DNA of 64,000 nucleotides from Calditrichales bacterium (GTDB lineage Bacteria; Calditrichota; Calditrichia; Calditrichales; J004): NCBI GenBank assembly GCA_965267575.1, contig OZ254086.1, positions 64,001 to 128,000 of the forward strand, read 5' to 3'. Shown piece by piece: positions 60,761 to 64,000 of this stretch (position 1 is its first letter; each line of letters starts with the position of its first letter). The notes under the pieces were generated by a model. It saw only the letters and a program-made list of their open reading frames with translations, ran no database searches and was not told where the DNA came from. The position numbers and the translations under genes were made by a program.

Positions 60761-62566
60761 TCACCTCAACCCAGGATCGTCCTTTAACGCGTCCTGCAGA
60801 ACGTTTTGCGCGTCCTGTGTGCGGCGCATGCTAAACAGAAACTGCGCCAGGATATATTTGGCCCGGCCACGCTGCTTTTGCGTCATCTCCGGAGCAACGA
60901 TTGCTTTTTGGATGGTGTTAACAGCGTCCACAAATTTGCCTCTGTTCCATTGGGCTACAGCCATATCCTGAAAAATCAGGCCCTGGTCCGGTGTTAAATC
61001 GAGCATGCGCGAGGCGGTTTGTTCCACCCGGCTCCAGTTTTCCTCTTCCCGGTAGCAGTCGAGCAGCTTGCGCAATGGCTCAATCCTGTCATCATAAACC
61101 CGGCTTACCGCTTGGTATTCGGCACAGGCCAGCGCTTCAGCGCCTCTCGCGGCATAGGCATCTGCCATAAAATAGTGGCTCTTAACCCAGTTGTGATGTT
61201 CAAAAATAAAGCGGCGTGCTTCTTCAGCTGCCAGTGAATCGGCGTAAGGTTGATAGGCACGGGGCTTGCTGCCGGCCGGCCGGAAAGGTGGACGCTGCTT
61301 CAGGCGGTGAACACGCAGCAAACCGATTTCATGATCGACGGGTGTGACGTACAAGGCGGAATCGAGTACGGCGCGCGTGTCTGCCGATGCGCTGATCCAT
61401 TGGTACCGGTGTATCTTTTCATAAAAGGCGCGCGCCATCAAATAATAACCATGAATATTAGGGTGTAAATGATCGCAGAAAAGATCATCACCTGCTACAC
61501 CAACACGGCTTTCAGCTGAAAAAACGCTGTCCATTGCCACAACGGGCAGCGCATTGGCCAAAGCCAGTTCTTTCACTATCTCATTTAACTCTCCGGCTGC
61601 CCGAAAGCGCACCAGATCGTAATCCCTGGCTTGCTCCAAAAAGCTCCGCGAAGCAGCCACATCTCCCTGGAAAGCCAGTTCCCTGCCCTGCAGCCACAAG
61701 TCAAAAGCACTGATACTGTCGCCGCCGTTAAACCAGCTTCCGTCAAAGGGCCGCTGATCCAGCATATTGCTGACGAGCGTGGAAATAACAATCCGGCTGT
61801 TGTTCTCCTTAAAAACATCAATGATGTCCTGCAGATTATCGCGGTAGGCGGAATGCGTTCTGTGAAAAATATCCGAACCGAAGGGAATACTGGCATCGGC
61901 AATCACCTGCTCCATCAGGGTCATATCTCCTTCAGGGCCGCGTTTTTCGCCGCCGCCAAGAATACGATCGAACATATTAACGAGGTGCCAGCTTTTGGCC
62001 TTTAAAACCAGCCTTGTAAGCCATGGAAAGCTGCCGCCGGCAATGGAAGATGCGCTGCCGTAAGCGCCATAAAATTCATTGTGCCCCATGTAGATCAGCA
62101 CGATGTCGGGATTGGCCTTTTCAGCAATCTCTTCCGCCCAGTCCCAGACGGTGAAACTGTTTACCGCCGATAGCCCCAGGTTGATCACCTCAAAATCAAA
62201 ACCCGGATGCAAGTCTTGCAAAAGAAAGCGCAGCTGCTCCGGAAAAGTGGCGTTATACTCAAAAGGAAATCCGGCCGTGGTGGAGCCGCCCAGGCAAACA
62301 ATGCGTATGGTATTGCGTGATTTTTTAACGGGGAATGTTTGCGGATAGAGCCGCGGCATGCTGGCGTCTGAGGCGCTGAAATAGCGCTGAGCGGCGTCAG
62401 GATTAACCTGGTAGTGGGCGACGCCGTTTTGCGTTGCGGGCAAAAACAGCGCTACCGGCGTGAAGGCATCTGACAAGCGCAGAATAGTTTCCACAGCCGC
62501 CAGAACCAAAAACGGCAACAGTAAGGCCGTCATCCGGAAAAGGTATTTTTTGACGTTTGAAGTCAT
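60761..62566 (-). CDS. SGNH/GDSL hydrolase-like protein with C-terminal TPR repeats
   Basis: N-terminal TM, CLGGSTTAG, INLG, YMGHNEFYG, DHLHPN, and TPR-like helices at the C-terminus. Confidence 0.8.
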   Translation of the reverse strand: MTSNVKKYLFRMTALLLPFLVLAAVETILRLSDAFTPVALFLPATQNGVAHYQVNPDAAQRYFSASDASMPRLYPQTFPVKKSRNTIRIVCLGGSTTAGFPFEYNATFPEQLRFLLQDLHPGFDFEVINLGLSAVNSFTVWDWAEEIAEKANPDIVLIYMGHNEFYGAYGSASSIAGGSFPWLTRLVLKAKSWHLVNMFDRILGGGEKRGPEGDMTLMEQVIADASIPFGSDIFHRTHSAYRDNLQDIIDVFKENNSRIVISTLVSNMLDQRPFDGSWFNGGDSISAFDLWLQGRELAFQGDVAASRSFLEQARDYDLVRFRAAGELNEIVKELALANALPVVAMDSVFSAESRVGVAGDDLFCDHLHPNIHGYYLMARAFYEKIHRYQWISASADTRAVLDSALYVTPVDHEIGLLRVHRLKQRPPFRPAGSKPRAYQPYADSLAAEEARRFIFEHHNWVKSHYFMADAYAARGAEALACAEYQAVSRVYDDRIEPLRKLLDCYREEENWSRVEQTASRMLDLTPDQGLIFQDMAVAQWNRGKFVDAVNTIQKAIVAPEMTQKQRGRAKYILAQFLFSMRRTQDAQNVLQDALKDDPGLR

Positions 62567-63114
62567 TAAATCTTATCGCCAAGGATTTCTTTGCGTGGGC
62601 TTGGGATAACTACTTTGCTCACCAGCAGTCCTTTGCTTTTGATGTAATCCGCTCCCGCTTCAACCGCCGCAGTAACGGCTGCCACATCACCGGTGAGCGT
62701 CAGATAGCCTTTACCGCCAATGGCCATGGCCAGGTGGATCTCCATAAGCTGTACGTTGGCTGCTTTCACCGCCGCGTCGGCCGCTTCGATGATCGATGCC
62801 ACCGAGAATGTCTCAATTATGCCGAGTGCACCCGTCTCCTCAATAACGCGGGTGCCGCTGATGGCCGGGAAAACGTCGGGATGCACATTGGGAATGATCA
62901 GATCATCAACGCCGGTTTCGCCCGCTATTTCCAGACCCGCCGCCATACTGCTTTTTACGGCATCAATGTCTCCGGCAATCATTACCATAAACTTGCCCGG
63001 ACAAATGGTGCGGTTTGTTAAAATCTGAACTTCTGCTGTCTTCAGCAGCGTATCGGCCACCTCAAATCCTTTGGCAATACTGGTTAATTCGATCATTCCT
63101 ATGGCTGTTATCAT
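62566..63114 (-). CDS. Tandem-domain bacterial microcompartment shell protein (PduT-like)
   Basis: Two BMC domains (AIGMIELTSIAKG...TICPGKF; ALGIIETFSVA..AADAAVKAANV...GGKG) with the Fe-S-binding Cys. Confidence 0.9.
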   Translation of the reverse strand: MITAIGMIELTSIAKGFEVADTLLKTAEVQILTNRTICPGKFMVMIAGDIDAVKSSMAAGLEIAGETGVDDLIIPNVHPDVFPAISGTRVIEETGALGIIETFSVASIIEAADAAVKAANVQLMEIHLAMAIGGKGYLTLTGDVAAVTAAVEAGADYIKSKGLLVSKVVIPSPRKEILGDKI

Positions 63115-63192
63115 TTTTTAAATATCCTGTAAAGTTTTTGCTATCTCATTTATTCAATTTTGTTTTGGCGTATAAAAGAAGGATCTACAGAA

Positions 63193-63298
63193 TTGTCATT
63201 CCCGCGCAGGCGGGAATCCAGGATGAGATGCTTTATTCATAAAACTCGTATTCCTTTACCAAAGGCGCAATGGATTCCCACTTTCGTGGGAATAACAA
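63193..63298. repeat. Inverted pair of ATTCCC-N8-GGGAAT palindromic repeats (dRS3/RPE-like REP doublet)
   Basis: TTGTCATTCCCGCGCAGGCGGGAATCCA (63193-63220) and the inverted TGGATTCCCACTTTCGTGGGAATAACAA (63271-63298). Confidence 0.8.
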
Positions 63299-63350
63299 TA
63301 AAGCTGCTTGTTGCAACAACATTGCTCTTTCCATGCCTTTTAACAGGGAA

Positions 63351-64000
63351 TCACGTTTCAATCAAAATCGATTCGCCTGTGGCCTGCACTGTGCCGTCGA
63401 TGCTGGCGTGCAGGGTTATGCTAAAAGCTCCGTTGGCCGGACGCGCAATGACATCTCCGCGCCTTACTTTATCTCCTTTGTTAACTACAACCTGCGGCAG
63501 TGCGCCGATATGCTGCCTTAATGGTATTTCCACCCGCGACGGTTTGAACGGTTCTTCCAGGACAAGCGCCCTGCCCTTGTAGACATTCAGCCCCAAACGC
63601 TGCGCCAGCCGGGCCGTTGGTACATTGCGGTAATCTTTCAGCGGATGCGGCTCAGTGGTCAGTTCCTGCAGTTGCTGCGGGGAAAGCCAGCGATCTTCAT
63701 TGCGCAGATCGCGCTTTGTGGTGGCGCAGATATTTCGCGGATCCAGCTCTTCCGGGCAGGCCCACAGCGAACAGATATTGCACTCGCAGCAGGCCTGTGC
63801 CCAGTGCGTCAGTGTTTTACTCATCTCACCGGTGGTAAGCAGCGAGCGCATTACCAGGTGCGGCTTGATCGGATAACCCATCAGGTAGCGCGGGCACATT
63901 TCGGTACACAAGCTGCACTGATCGCACACGGACTTGCCCACCCGGCGGTAGGCTTTTTCCGGCTGCGACTTGCGCACGGCAACATGCGACTCACGCGGGA
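63351..64000 (-). CDS. PduS-like (RnfC-related) 4Fe-4S protein, 3' part; starts beyond the right edge
   Basis: CDQCSLCTEMCPRYLMG, CCECNICSLWACP and C-terminal IPLRQHIGA...LHASIDG. The frame is open to the window edge and the gene is adjacent to the PduT-like gene. Confidence 0.85.
   Translation of the reverse strand, partial: PRESHVAVRKSQPEKAYRRVGKSVCDQCSLCTEMCPRYLMGYPIKPHLVMRSLLTTGEMSKTLTHWAQACCECNICSLWACPEELDPRNICATTKRDLRNEDRWLSPQQLQELTTEPHPLKDYRNVPTARLAQRLGLNVYKGRALVLEEPFKPSRVEIPLRQHIGALPQVVVNKGDKVRRGDVIARPANGAFSITLHASIDGTVQATGESILIET

Noticed and set aside
63160-63582. 140-aa + strand ORF
   Set aside because: Spans the REP doublet and the antisense of the PduS-like gene.

Overview
The window has two parts. 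Positions ~1-45150 are an accessory region (genomic island) next to the 3' end of a tRNA-Asn(GTT) gene at 45154-45225 (- strand); its left end and any integrase lie outside the window. The island holds three modules. (i) A - strand DISARM-related defence operon: a YprA/DUF1998 helicase fused to a Vsr/DUF559-like nuclease, a SNF2 helicase, an N6-adenine methylase and a DUF262/GmrSD-like gene. An AT-rich three-gene cassette sits between the methylase and the DUF262 gene: a small protein with an HK97/encapsulin-like sequence pattern, an overlapping restriction-endonuclease-like protein, and a DUF4145/HEPN-like protein. Two nuclease genes are transcribed divergently. (ii) A replication-protein plus excisionase module. 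(iii) A ~24 kb - strand Tc/ABC toxin locus: a sigma-54 activator, a consensus -24/-12 promoter, a leaderless PhoD-like phosphatase, a leaderless Zn-phospholipase C, an Ig/CARDB-like protein, a TcB-TcC(RHS) fusion with a caspase-like His/Cys C-terminal domain, two small genes and a 3146-aa TcA. No holin/endolysin cassette is visible. Positions ~45470-64000 are GC-richer core-type genome: 2-oxoacid:ferredoxin oxidoreductase alpha/beta, two large degenerate PFOR-like ferredoxin proteins interleaved with rnfB-rnfCDGEA, a hemerythrin, an SGNH-TPR protein, the end of a bacterial microcompartment locus (PduT-like, PduS-like) and several REP-like palindromes. All family calls come from motif recognition by eye; no searches were run.
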